Virus record (IMG/VR): IMGVR_UViG_3300032018_000003
From: a virus
Lineage: Duplodnaviria > Heunggongvirae > Uroviricota > Caudoviricetes
Length of the DNA stretch: 64,000 bases
Direction: 5' to 3' (one strand)
Positions 27,753 through 37,275 of the stretch are shown here, piece after piece; the first letter of the stretch is position 1; every line of letters begins with the position of its first letter. Position numbers and translations under genes: made by a program. The notes beneath the pieces were generated by a model. That model was not told where the DNA came from, searched no databases, and worked only from the letters and a program-made list of their open reading frames with translations.

Positions 27753-28029
27753 TATTAACCTCTAAATATTCTTTTGCTTTATTAAAATTATATTTATTAG
27801 AATAACTATATTCACCTTCTATAGATATATTTACACACGTAAAACTATCATAAAGAATAACATCGTTTGTTTTATAATTATAATAACCTTTATAATTACA
27901 AAAATCTTCTGCGGTTGTTAAATCTTCATATATTGACATCCCCATTAAAATAGGTCCACCAACTATACACATTGAAATTATTAATGTAAAATAATCTATT
28001 TCTCCTTTTTTATTTTTAATCTGTTGCAT
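27736..28029 (-). CDS. small type-II membrane Cys protein inserted between polB fragments (97 aa)
   Basis: MQQIKNKKGE start plus a transmembrane segment. It is a paralog of 27390..27752. Confidence 0.45.
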   Translation of the reverse strand: MQQIKNKKGEIDYFTLIISMCIVGGPILMGMSIYEDLTTAEDFCNYKGYYNYKTNDVILYDSFTCVNISIEGEYSYSNKYNFNKAKEYLEVNNVTTD

Positions 28030-28783
28030 GGAACTCTTCCCCGGTAGGATAACTTACATACCCACCACTAATTTTCTCTTCACTCTCATCTTCACCACTA
28101 TCTCCAAATTTATCAGGATACTTTGGTGTCCATCCTAATGAATAACAAATAACTTTATATACAAAACTTGCTGCACTTGCAGTCAAATAAGTTTTTCTAT
28201 TAATATCATCTTCAGGTACGAAATTTTTAAACACACTAAAATAATCTTCAATAAACTCATACAATTTTTTAGTTACTTCTATATCTCTATTAAGATACTC
28301 GCGCATTGTTTTAAGTTCTTCGTTGGTCCATTGTTTTTTATTAAACAAATTCTTATCAACATGTATCTTAGAACTTTCTTCATCTACTAAATGTAATGTC
28401 TTAGTAATATAATCCAAACTAAATTCCATTAGGAGGTCTTTTAACATACCATCTTTAACTTTCATAATTATTGCTCTGTCAACAATTACGTTTCTTAAAT
28501 CAACATATACTTTATTATAAAATTTAATCCCGTGTCGTTTAAGAACATTATTATCATAACCAGGATTATCTTTCTTACCTTCAATATTGAACCCCACGAT
28601 TACTCTGTGCGCATTAATAACCTTTTGTACCTCTGACAAATCTGTTAATATATATGGTTTCCCTGTCTTATAACTATAACAACCAAACAATCGGAACTCA
28701 TCGTTCTCTGCATCGGGCATTCCCTTAGTCGGTGTATATGTTTCAATGTCATATACTAAAACGTCTTTGTCAATGTCTACCAT
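28016..28783 (-). CDS. polB: family B DNA polymerase, 3'-5' exonuclease-domain fragment (255 aa)
   Basis: Exo I YDIETY, Exo II GFNIE..YDNNVL and Exo III YLNRD are present. It ends with the pre-motif-A sequence GGYVSYPTGE. Confidence 0.8.
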   Translation of the reverse strand: MVDIDKDVLVYDIETYTPTKGMPDAENDEFRLFGCYSYKTGKPYILTDLSEVQKVINAHRVIVGFNIEGKKDNPGYDNNVLKRHGIKFYNKVYVDLRNVIVDRAIIMKVKDGMLKDLLMEFSLDYITKTLHLVDEESSKIHVDKNLFNKKQWTNEELKTMREYLNRDIEVTKKLYEFIEDYFSVFKNFVPEDDINRKTYLTASAASFVYKVICYSLGWTPKYPDKFGDSGEDESEEKISGGYVSYPTGEEFHATD

Positions 28784-28959
28784 TTTTTTGACTCCTTATC
28801 AAAATTAAATATTATATTTTGTTTTATTTTTTCTTCCCTTTCTTTATATTCTTTATCTGACATAATTACTATATGATGCGGCGCATTATTCGGAAAAGAC
28901 TTATCCATAACCATCAACGATCGTTTATTTTCATTAGTTATGTTATTCATTGTAATCCC

Positions 28960-29187
28960 CTATTCTTTATCGTTACCATATTCATAAAAACAATAAAACG
29001 AACAAAATACAAAAAATAAATTTAATAAAAAGAAAGGGTTCCAAGTACTAGTACTTTGTATTAAATTACCTGTATATAATAACCCCATAATATTTGCTAT
29101 TAATATCATCCCCCAGAAAGATTTTGTTATTGTTTTTGGTATTTTCATTAATGATTTCTCCACAACGTATGTACTAATCCTAAACAT
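28960..29187 (-). CDS. small membrane protein (75 aa)
   Basis: Hydrophobic helices. Confidence 0.3.
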   Translation of the reverse strand: MFRISTYVVEKSLMKIPKTITKSFWGMILIANIMGLLYTGNLIQSTSTWNPFFLLNLFFVFCSFYCFYEYGNDKE

Positions 29188-29307
29188 ATTAATATTATTC
29201 CTAACGTTCTAACCCAACCACCAATATGTTTACCAAACACATCCATTATTACTGGTATAACAAAACAAAAAATTCCTATAAAGAATAATGGACTTATACT
29301 TGCCATA

Positions 29308-29517
29308 CTATTCGCCTTCGTTTAAAAAACTTGGAATTTTTTTAAAAGAATTATTACAAATGACACATTGTGAATGTTTCAATCTACCATTATATTTAAA
29401 ATCTGTGCTCTTATTACACATGATACAAAAAAGTTTTCTATTATACTTAAACGTTTTTGCCATGCTTTTTTGATACTGTTGTCCTACTGTTAATTTTGTC
29501 ATGTTCATCACCATCAT
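29308..29517 (-). CDS. small zinc-ribbon protein (69 aa, start probably internal MTKLTV)
   Basis: Carries CIMCNKS...CVICNNS. Confidence 0.4.
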   Translation of the reverse strand: MMVMNMTKLTVGQQYQKSMAKTFKYNRKLFCIMCNKSTDFKYNGRLKHSQCVICNNSFKKIPSFLNEGE

Positions 29518-29932
29518 TATTAGTCATACTTTTCATTGTTTTATTAAATACTGTATTAATAATAACCCCTGCGGTAACTGTTGCTGCAATAATCGCAGTC
29601 ATCTCGCTAATTGTTTTTAATAATAATAATCGTCTATTGTTTTTAATAATAATAATCGTTTAAACAACTGTTCCTCGTCTTTTGTAAAAATGTTACTCTT
29701 TAACATTGAATTCAATTCTACCAAAATTAATTCATCTAATAAAAATAAATATTTGTTTTCTTCTTCCGTTTTCATATTAATCCTCTCTCCTCTTTAATTT
29801 TTGTTTGCATACTTTCAGCAAACCTTTTTCTAAATTCTAAATATTCGTCTTTAAGTTTAATTTCGTTTATTATTACTTCTGCAATTTCTCCAGTAACTAC
29901 ACACTGAAATAAATTATATTTCATATCATCGT

Positions 29933-31138
29933 TCATTTCGATTCCCCCTTAAACATACTCTTAAATATTTTTGCTGCTACACTAACTGTCCAACCATTTC
30001 CTGCTAGATGATATAAATGACTTTTTGCTATACCTTCTATAATAATCTCATCTCTTAAAAAACCCTGTAACCTAAAACATTCTTTTGGTGTTAAACGTCT
30101 TATTCTTTGGTTTGTTATTAATACCTCTTTCGGTTCTCCTGCTTGTAAACATCTATGAACATTACTATCTTGTGGAATGTATGTTGTTAAAGGACGATCT
30201 TCTTTCCCATGTTTTAAATGATATATATCTATTTGTTGAGGTTCGTTCTTTTCTAACTCTAATTTTTTTGCTACATCCAACGCTATATTAAAATCGCGTG
30301 TCACTGTATTAAGTAATATTTTATTATCGGCTGCAACGGTACATGTTAATGTTGGACTTATACCATTAACACTATATATTCTTTCTCTATCAAATTCCGC
30401 ATCCATATTTAATTGTACTATTTCGTCAACAAAACACGGTACATCACCACCGACTTTTAATGTTCTACACGGGTTATTTATATCTATAGGTTGTCTTTCT
30501 TTAAAATTACTTTTATTTATACCATTGATTGCTCGTTCAGATAAAAAATAACTTTCATCAACTTCTTTTTCTAATACGTCTTTAAGAAATAATTTAAGTG
30601 GTTCTTTGTTTGGAAATTGAAATTCCATAAAGTCCCATGTGCCTAATTTACATACAAACCAAACACGTTCCCTATTTTGTGGTACACCGTAATCTTTACT
30701 ATTTAATACTTTATGACAAACATCGTAACCTATTTCTCTTAAACAATGTATCATCTTTTCAAACGTTCTACCATCGTCAATACTTAATAGTCCCTTTACG
30801 TTTTCTAATAACATATATTTAGGTTTCTTTACTTTTGCTATTCTTAACACGTCCCAAAATAAAGTTCCTCTAGGATCAAGTTCACCTAAACGTTTTCCAC
30901 TTATAGAAAAACTCTGACAACAAAACCCTGCTGTAAGTAAATTAAAGTCTGGTACTTCTTCCGGTACTATTTTACTTATGTCACCATAGTTTTTTATTTT
31001 ACCATGATTTAATTCATGAATCTTTATTGCATGTTTATCTATCTCTGATATACCTACACATTTAAATGGAAGTCCTAATTGTTTTAATGCAAACAAATCT
31101 GCACCATAACCGGAAAATGTACTAAAGACTTCTATCAT
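29933..31138 (-). CDS. DNA (cytosine-5)-methyltransferase (401 aa)
   Basis: Motif I FSGYGA, a PCQ-type motif GFCCQSFS and ENVKGL are present. Confidence 0.85.
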   Translation of the reverse strand: MIEVFSTFSGYGADLFALKQLGLPFKCVGISEIDKHAIKIHELNHGKIKNYGDISKIVPEEVPDFNLLTAGFCCQSFSISGKRLGELDPRGTLFWDVLRIAKVKKPKYMLLENVKGLLSIDDGRTFEKMIHCLREIGYDVCHKVLNSKDYGVPQNRERVWFVCKLGTWDFMEFQFPNKEPLKLFLKDVLEKEVDESYFLSERAINGINKSNFKERQPIDINNPCRTLKVGGDVPCFVDEIVQLNMDAEFDRERIYSVNGISPTLTCTVAADNKILLNTVTRDFNIALDVAKKLELEKNEPQQIDIYHLKHGKEDRPLTTYIPQDSNVHRCLQAGEPKEVLITNQRIRRLTPKECFRLQGFLRDEIIIEGIAKSHLYHLAGNGWTVSVAAKIFKSMFKGESK

Positions 31139-31275
31139 TATTTAACTTCCTCAATTGCATCCACGGGACATTGTGTTTTAAATTTTTTTAATCTTTTTTG
31201 AGATGTCTCATTATCATCTATTCCACATACATTACAACCAATACATTTATCTTTATTTATTTTAAATTTTACCAT
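31138..31275 (-). CDS. mini ferredoxin-like 4Fe-4S protein (45 aa, not in track)
   Basis: Manual translation MVKFKINKDKCIGCNVCGIDDNETSQKRLKKFKTQCPVDAIEEVK. It has CxxCxxC...CP. Its stop overlaps the MTase start codon. Confidence 0.45.
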   Translation of the reverse strand: MVKFKINKDKCIGCNVCGIDDNETSQKRLKKFKTQCPVDAIEEVK

Positions 31276-31490
31276 ACATACACCTACCACATTTTATATT
31301 TATATAGTTGTTGTTTCTAACTCCTATTCAAAGTCTTTGTTACTACAACCAGTATGATATTCAAGTTGTTTGTTCCATTGTACTGTAGCGGTTTGTTTTT
31401 TAATACCAAGTTTTTCACATTCTTTAATAAACAATTCTTTGGTGTTTACTTTATTATATATCGCTTCATAATTTGTTTTTACCATTCGAT

Positions 31491-31706
31491 TCACTTCTCC
31501 CTTTTATGATTCGTTAAATCCTTTCTACTAAGTTCTTCAAAATATTGTCCTAAACTACTGATGTTTTTATCTAAACAATGAATTTTAATTTTTTTCCACA
31601 TATCCTTAGATAATTTTATTGTTGTAAAAACATATACTTCTTTTTTTCTAAATGAAACATACGACTGAACTGTTTTTTCTTTTTTAATATTATCTCCTTT
31701 CGCCAT
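31491..31706 (-). CDS. putative ribbon-helix-helix (CopG/Arc-like) regulator (71 aa)
   Basis: The N-terminus is basic and beta-strand-like. The whole protein is helical and small. The call is weak. Confidence 0.3.
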   Translation of the reverse strand: MAKGDNIKKEKTVQSYVSFRKKEVYVFTTIKLSKDMWKKIKIHCLDKNISSLGQYFEELSRKDLTNHKREK

Positions 31707-32119
31707 TGTTTAAACCCTTTTAAATTTCGGACACTCATTACTTTTATATTCCGCGCAACTGTTTTTACAATATCGTCCTTGTATACATACTTTATCTCCC
31801 ACATATCCTGCTTTGTGATCCATCTTACCTAATGGACATACATAACTATTATTCTTGTTCGGTTTCGTCATTTATTTCGTCCTCCTTGTTTAATGCTATT
31901 AAAGCTCTTATTAATAGTACTAATACTATTATTAAAAATATAATAAATAATATTAATATAAAAATTAATGTTACGTTGTCCATGTTAGTTTACTTCTCCC
32001 TACTCACTCATTAATGAAAAAAACAAAAAAATGCAAAACATCATATAATGATTAGTAATCAAACACAATACTGCCGCTATAAAAAAATATGGTATGTTTT
32101 TCATGTTCCTATTCTCTAT

Positions 32120-32974
32120 TTATTTAAAATCTCCGTTTAATCCGTGGGTTTCTTTTATTTTTTGTATTTCCTTTTCACTAAAAAAATCATTTTTAAGTTT
32201 AACTATTTTTTTAGTGTCTGTGTTTTTATCAACCATATCTAATATATTTTTTATTACTATATTTTTAGATTTGATTTCTCCTACACCACAACAATTATTA
32301 TTCGCATATATGTTTTTGATTATAAATAAATTATTATCATACAATTTAATTTTTTCTATAAGTTCTTTTATTTTTTTATTTAAATTATTTTTTGTATTAT
32401 TGTATCGTTCTTTATTATTAATATTTTCTAATTCTTTTTCTAATTTTATTAATTCCTCTTTATATTGTTTTGATAATTCACTCAAATCAAAATATGTTTT
32501 CTTAGTTACCTTTTGTAAAACTTTAGATTTATACTTCCATATAAATTCATATTCGTTATTATTCATCTTGAATAATATTAAATTTTTAGCATAAGTTTTA
32601 CCATTAAATATCCAAAGCATTTTATCATAAAACTTTTCACGATTTTTAATATCTTCGGAAGAAATAGGACTATTTTGAAATTCTACAACATATTTTTCAT
32701 TAATCATAACATCTGCAATATGTTTTGTTAATTGTTTTTGTACAATAATTTCTCTATTATTTAATGGAAACTTGTTTTTCCATTCTACGTGCCACTGAGT
32801 TTCTCCCTCTGACCAAGTATCACAATCAGTTCCTTTTTTATGCGCCCAATGCCACACATTAATATCTCCACATTTAGATATTACTTCCTCACCACATAAT
32901 TGACACATTCCTTTTTTTCCTGGTTCTGCAACCGTTTTTTCATTATTACTGTTTATTACATACAACATTTTCAA
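32120..32974 (-). CDS. CoiA-like (competence protein CoiA family) nuclease-domain protein (284 aa)
   Basis: CQLCGEEVISKCGDINVWHWAHKKGTDCD...WH has the CoiA-like Cys cluster plus HWAH. Confidence 0.5.
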   Translation of the reverse strand: MKMLYVINSNNEKTVAEPGKKGMCQLCGEEVISKCGDINVWHWAHKKGTDCDTWSEGETQWHVEWKNKFPLNNREIIVQKQLTKHIADVMINEKYVVEFQNSPISSEDIKNREKFYDKMLWIFNGKTYAKNLILFKMNNNEYEFIWKYKSKVLQKVTKKTYFDLSELSKQYKEELIKLEKELENINNKERYNNTKNNLNKKIKELIEKIKLYDNNLFIIKNIYANNNCCGVGEIKSKNIVIKNILDMVDKNTDTKKIVKLKNDFFSEKEIQKIKETHGLNGDFK

Positions 32975-32978
32975 TCAC

Positions 32979-35681
32979 CTAAAAATCTTCTTTAATTCCT
33001 ATCTGTACTCCAAATAAGGAGGATTCTTTTTTTGGTTCTTCTATTACTTTATTATTTTCTTTTTTTGGTTCTATAGCTTTAAATCTAACGTTTCTATAAT
33101 AATAATCTCGTTGTCTATCCACCATCGTATTTTTATAATCTACTCTTAATATATTTCTTAAATGGTAATTAAAGGTGTTTACTGTATCTATTTCTAAATC
33201 GTTTTCTCCACAAAATTGTGCGTATGCGTCTAATAACATATCTCTTTCAATACTACTTCCACTACAAAATTCAAGACGTCCAGAAATATATTTTTCCGAA
33301 CTACACCCATATATCTTAAATTTGTTTGTTATATCTTCTATAGAATCATTATAACTAAACCCGTTTTGATTTAATATTCTTTTTAATCCTTCTATTGCCC
33401 AATTTAATATTCCTGACATCTCATCTTTACTAAATAAAATGTCGTTTATTACATCGGGATTTCCTTTTTTAATAAGTTTTTTTTCGTCTTCGTTTACTTT
33501 TAATATCTCACTATCGTAATTTTTTTTATCATAAAATTTATATTTAAATTCTATTATCTTAAATCTTAAAAAAGAAGCCTTTGTTTTATCGTCTGGGTCT
33601 GGCATGGTGTTTAAAGATATAATATGCTTTGCAAATGGAGTAAAATCAAGAGATGATAAAAATTTTCTTTTTGCTGATTGCGTGTCTCCCCCCGTTAATT
33701 TTTTAATAGTATTCATATTAATTTTTTTATTTTTATCTACCTCAGAACTTATATTAATATATTTAGAATGTAATTCAGATAATTCAAAAGCATCACTTGC
33801 TAAATTAGATAATTCGAAATTTTTATAGTTTGTTTTACCAAACATTTTCTGAATTATTTTTAAAAATTTACCTTTTCCGTTTCTACCTGAACCAATAAGC
33901 ATAAGAAATTTATCAAATTTAGGAGTTCTGTGCAGACAATAACCAACAAACTCTTGTAAACTTATTTTGTCTTCTATGTTTTGTTTTATATCAATTCCGC
34001 GTTCATCTTTACTTGGCCCAATAACACTATCTAAAAATATTTGAAATTTGTTGTATTCTTTTTCTGAATTGTATGAAACATTTAATCTACTAAAAAATTT
34101 ATATTTTGGATTATAATTAATTAACTTATTTTGCTTTAAATCGTATAAACCGTTTCTTAATGGTATTAAATAACTCGGTTCGTCTGCAAACAATATTTTA
34201 GAATCTGTTTTTGTTGATTCTATATGTTCCATTATTTTATTAAATTTTAAATCTGTATAAGAATTAATTACTGTATTATCATCTAATATATCGTTTTCAA
34301 ACATATCGTAAACTATTTTTTTTAATGTATCTCTTCCATTATTAATATATATACCATTAGTATAAACATATACTTCTGAATGACTTTCGTTTTTTGTAAT
34401 ATAAATTTTATAATTATCTAATATATAATTAACTGCTAAATCCACCCCTTTAGATATTACTATAGGACTTTTACTTCTCATTAAAAAATGTATATCACGT
34501 AACACTTGTGTTCTTTCTTCTTCGTTTTTATGACTTAAATTTAATGGTATTGGTTTTAAATCATTGTGTAGTGCAATAGTTTCTTCAATGTATTCTTTTT
34601 TCATGTCGTCATCTAAAGACAAAAAATATTCTTTATCTTCTTCTTCTGTTATATGAGAATAAAACTCGTCAAATATATCGTTAATGTTTTTTTCTGCCCA
34701 TTTAATTTTTTTCCCAACACATTCTATTTTCCAATGGTCACATATCTCTTGCATTGCGGTTTTAAATGTTATTTCTTCTCCTGAATCTACTTTATGTTTT
34801 GCCTGCCACAACGAAAAAATATTATATCCTTTTGCTTCATGATAACAGTATGCAACCTCGTCATTTATATGAAGGTTTCCTTTTCCATGCATATCATGTA
34901 ATGGACATTTAACTACGGTGTTATTAGATACATCTGTCCCCATATATTCTAAAACATCTTTTATTTTTACTTTCTCACATACCGCCTGCATAAAAGGATT
35001 TAGTTTTTTTATTTTATTTTCTTCTTCTTTTATTTTATCTTCGGTGTTTAATTCAAATGTTTTTTCTAATTCGTTTAATGTTAAATTTGATATTTCACAG
35101 TCTTTAACAATTTCATATCTTCTTCCTGTACCTCTATTAATAGAATTTGGTCCAACAACTTGAGACCCCCTTCCTTGTAAATCTACAAGGGTTGTTCTTT
35201 TTCCATCAACTTCGATAGATACGGGTTTTTTCTTAAATTCTTTATCTAAAAAATAATAATAATGATATAACCCACTTCCACCGGTTTTTACTATAAGAGT
35301 GTCTTTTAAAATTTTTTCTTTTTCTTTTTGATATGTTTCCTCATCAAAATCTATAACTACAAGATTATTAACCCCACATAAAACTCCATAATTATTAACT
35401 TTTATATGATTTAATAGTTTATTATCATCATATCTATAATTAGTACAAAAATCTTTTAAAAATCTTATCTTTACTTTTTTGTTTTCTTTCTTTTCTGAAT
35501 CTAAAATTTCAATAATGTTTTGGTCTTCAAGACGTTGTAATGCAGTTTTATATCCTGTTGTTACTATATCCCCTGTTTTAAATCCGTTTTCTTTGGTATA
35601 AAATAATTCTATTGGTGTTTTTTCATTCAATAGAACGAATCTAAACATATCTTTTTGTAGAACTTTAGGTATTTGAATCAT
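32979..35681 (-). CDS. D5-like primase-helicase (900 aa)
   Basis: A C-terminal SF3-type P-loop LIGSGRNGKGKFL is present. There is also a Zn-binding CPLHDMHGKGNLHINDEVAYCYH segment and an N-terminal prim-pol-like VVIDFDEE. Confidence 0.7.
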   Translation of the reverse strand: MIQIPKVLQKDMFRFVLLNEKTPIELFYTKENGFKTGDIVTTGYKTALQRLEDQNIIEILDSEKKENKKVKIRFLKDFCTNYRYDDNKLLNHIKVNNYGVLCGVNNLVVIDFDEETYQKEKEKILKDTLIVKTGGSGLYHYYYFLDKEFKKKPVSIEVDGKRTTLVDLQGRGSQVVGPNSINRGTGRRYEIVKDCEISNLTLNELEKTFELNTEDKIKEEENKIKKLNPFMQAVCEKVKIKDVLEYMGTDVSNNTVVKCPLHDMHGKGNLHINDEVAYCYHEAKGYNIFSLWQAKHKVDSGEEITFKTAMQEICDHWKIECVGKKIKWAEKNINDIFDEFYSHITEEEDKEYFLSLDDDMKKEYIEETIALHNDLKPIPLNLSHKNEEERTQVLRDIHFLMRSKSPIVISKGVDLAVNYILDNYKIYITKNESHSEVYVYTNGIYINNGRDTLKKIVYDMFENDILDDNTVINSYTDLKFNKIMEHIESTKTDSKILFADEPSYLIPLRNGLYDLKQNKLINYNPKYKFFSRLNVSYNSEKEYNKFQIFLDSVIGPSKDERGIDIKQNIEDKISLQEFVGYCLHRTPKFDKFLMLIGSGRNGKGKFLKIIQKMFGKTNYKNFELSNLASDAFELSELHSKYINISSEVDKNKKINMNTIKKLTGGDTQSAKRKFLSSLDFTPFAKHIISLNTMPDPDDKTKASFLRFKIIEFKYKFYDKKNYDSEILKVNEDEKKLIKKGNPDVINDILFSKDEMSGILNWAIEGLKRILNQNGFSYNDSIEDITNKFKIYGCSSEKYISGRLEFCSGSSIERDMLLDAYAQFCGENDLEIDTVNTFNYHLRNILRVDYKNTMVDRQRDYYYRNVRFKAIEPKKENNKVIEEPKKESSLFGVQIGIKEDF

Positions 35682-35903
35682 CTAATCAAACACTCCTTTA
35701 ATAGTTAAAACAGAAACATTATCAAAAGTTAATAGTATTTTACCTACCTTAATATCATTAAAAAGAAATTCGTTATCAAATACTTCGTTTATATTACCAT
35801 TATAATAGTAAACGTACCCGTTTACATCTTTTTTAGAAATCTTTATTGTCTTATTTCTAATAGATTCAAAATATTCTTTTTTATTCATTCGATTCAATTC
35901 CAT
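35682..35903 (-). CDS. hypothetical protein (73 aa)
   Basis: ORF from track. Its start abuts the primase-helicase stop. Confidence 0.3.
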   Translation of the reverse strand: MELNRMNKKEYFESIRNKTIKISKKDVNGYVYYYNGNINEVFDNEFLFNDIKVGKILLTFDNVSVLTIKGVFD

Positions 35904-35977
35904 AAAGATATTAATCTTTATTATTTAAATAACACTATACCATTTATATAATGTAACTTGTTTATATAGTTTGTGTT

Positions 35978-36536
35978 TCTAAAAAAACTTCTTTATAATA
36001 AAAATTTAGATATAATCTAATTACATAAGTTTTTTTAGAAAATATATATTACATAAGTTTTTTTTCTGTTTTTATAACTATTTATTATAATGTTAAGATT
36101 TTTTAAAAATAGTACTTTTTTGTAGTAACACAATAAATTAACATTTTTTTTGACATTATATATGTTTTCAAAAATATATATTGCGGTATATAATTCCCTA
36201 GGTTTTAGTGTTTTTTTGGTGTTTTTTACCCTTTTTTCTAAAAAAACTTATGTAACGAAAACAGATTTATGTAATGAGGGTATTGTAAAATGCTAGTATA
36301 ACCCATATATCATAGAAAAAAAAATATTACATACGTTACATACGACATTTCGAAAATTGGTATACAAAATATTTCTAAAAAAACTTTATAACCTATTTTT
36401 GTGTATTACCTAAATAGTAGTAAAAACATTAAGCGCGTTGTTAAAAATAATTTTTTTTATATACGAAATGGTATATACGAAAATTATAATATAAAATTCA
36501 TACTGAAGTTGAAAACGCTTATGTAACGTATGTAAT
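35978..36536. promoter_or_regulatory. strand-switch intergenic region with repeated TTACATAAG/CTTATGTAA and TCTAAAAAAACTT motifs
   Basis: TTACATAAG at 36021 and 36049. Its reverse complement at 36248, 36267 (variant) and 36518. TCTAAAAAAACTT at 35978, 36238 and 36374. Confidence 0.45.
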
Positions 36537-36595
36537 TTTCGAATAGTATATTAGAAAAGGTAATTATATAAATACCATTTACTATATTTAACATA

Positions 36596-36736
36596 ATGTT
36601 TAAAGAAATACATTTAGCAGCAATTGATGCTGCGCGTATCTTTGGTGAGGACTATCATCTAAGCTGGATATTTTTCTATCCACTTTGGTTTGTCGCGATC
36701 CTTGTCACGTTTAAAAAAGATAAAGGAGATGTTTAA
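36596..36736 (+). CDS. small membrane protein (46 aa, not in track)
   Basis: Manual translation MFKEIHLAAIDAARIFGEDYHLSWIFFYPLWFVAILVTFKKDKGDV. Confidence 0.3.
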   Translation: MFKEIHLAAIDAARIFGEDYHLSWIFFYPLWFVAILVTFKKDKGDV

Positions 36737-36855
36737 TGAAAGGAACTTGTGATTATTGTGGTGAATATGATTATTTAACATTTAAAGGATTATGTAAAGG
36801 ATGTCATATTAAAGAATATGGTAAAAAAGATTTTGAAGAAAACGAACGGATGTAA
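36736..36855 (+). CDS. small zinc-ribbon protein (39 aa, not in track)
   Basis: MKGTCDYCGEYDYLTFKGLCKGCH with an AGGAG SD upstream. Confidence 0.35.
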   Translation: MKGTCDYCGEYDYLTFKGLCKGCHIKEYGKKDFEENERM

Positions 36856-36896
36856 TATAACATAACACTATTCAATATTAAATAGGGTAACTAATT

Positions 36897-37196
36897 ATGG
36901 TAACTTTGATACAAAAAGAATATTATAAATGTGATTATTGTTCTTATACCGATGAAGATGAAGATGATGTAAAAGAACATATGATAGAACATCAAGAATC
37001 TCCTATCAAAAAAGAAGAAGATGTATATGTTTGTGATGTATGTAAAGAAGAATTTAAAAGAAGTACTTACGCAGTAACGTGTGAAGATAAACATAAAAAC
37101 AATAATGATAAAAGATATCAAGCGTTTCTTGAAGATCAACAAAGAACTAAATTGTTGTGTGAAGGTAATAAACCTAACCAAAAAAAACTTTTCTAG
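36897..37196 (+). CDS. C2H2-like zinc-finger acidic protein (99 aa)
   Basis: Carries CDYCSYTDEDEDDVKEHMIEH and CDVCKEEFKRS. Confidence 0.4.
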   Translation: MVTLIQKEYYKCDYCSYTDEDEDDVKEHMIEHQESPIKKEEDVYVCDVCKEEFKRSTYAVTCEDKHKNNNDKRYQAFLEDQQRTKLLCEGNKPNQKKLF

Positions 37197-37202
37197 TAAT
37201 TC

Positions 37203-37224
37203 AAACAAATATATATATAAATCC
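37203..37224 (+). promoter_or_regulatory. plus-arm promoter motif AAACAAATATATATATAAATCC
   Basis: One of at least 8 copies of the A-A-C-W-ATATA(TA)TAAATA(C)C element that lie 20-60 bp upstream of plus-strand genes. Confidence 0.4.
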
Positions 37225-37275
37225 ATAAAGATATATTTTCTATTAGTTATAGTTATCAAAGGGAGGACGATTAAA

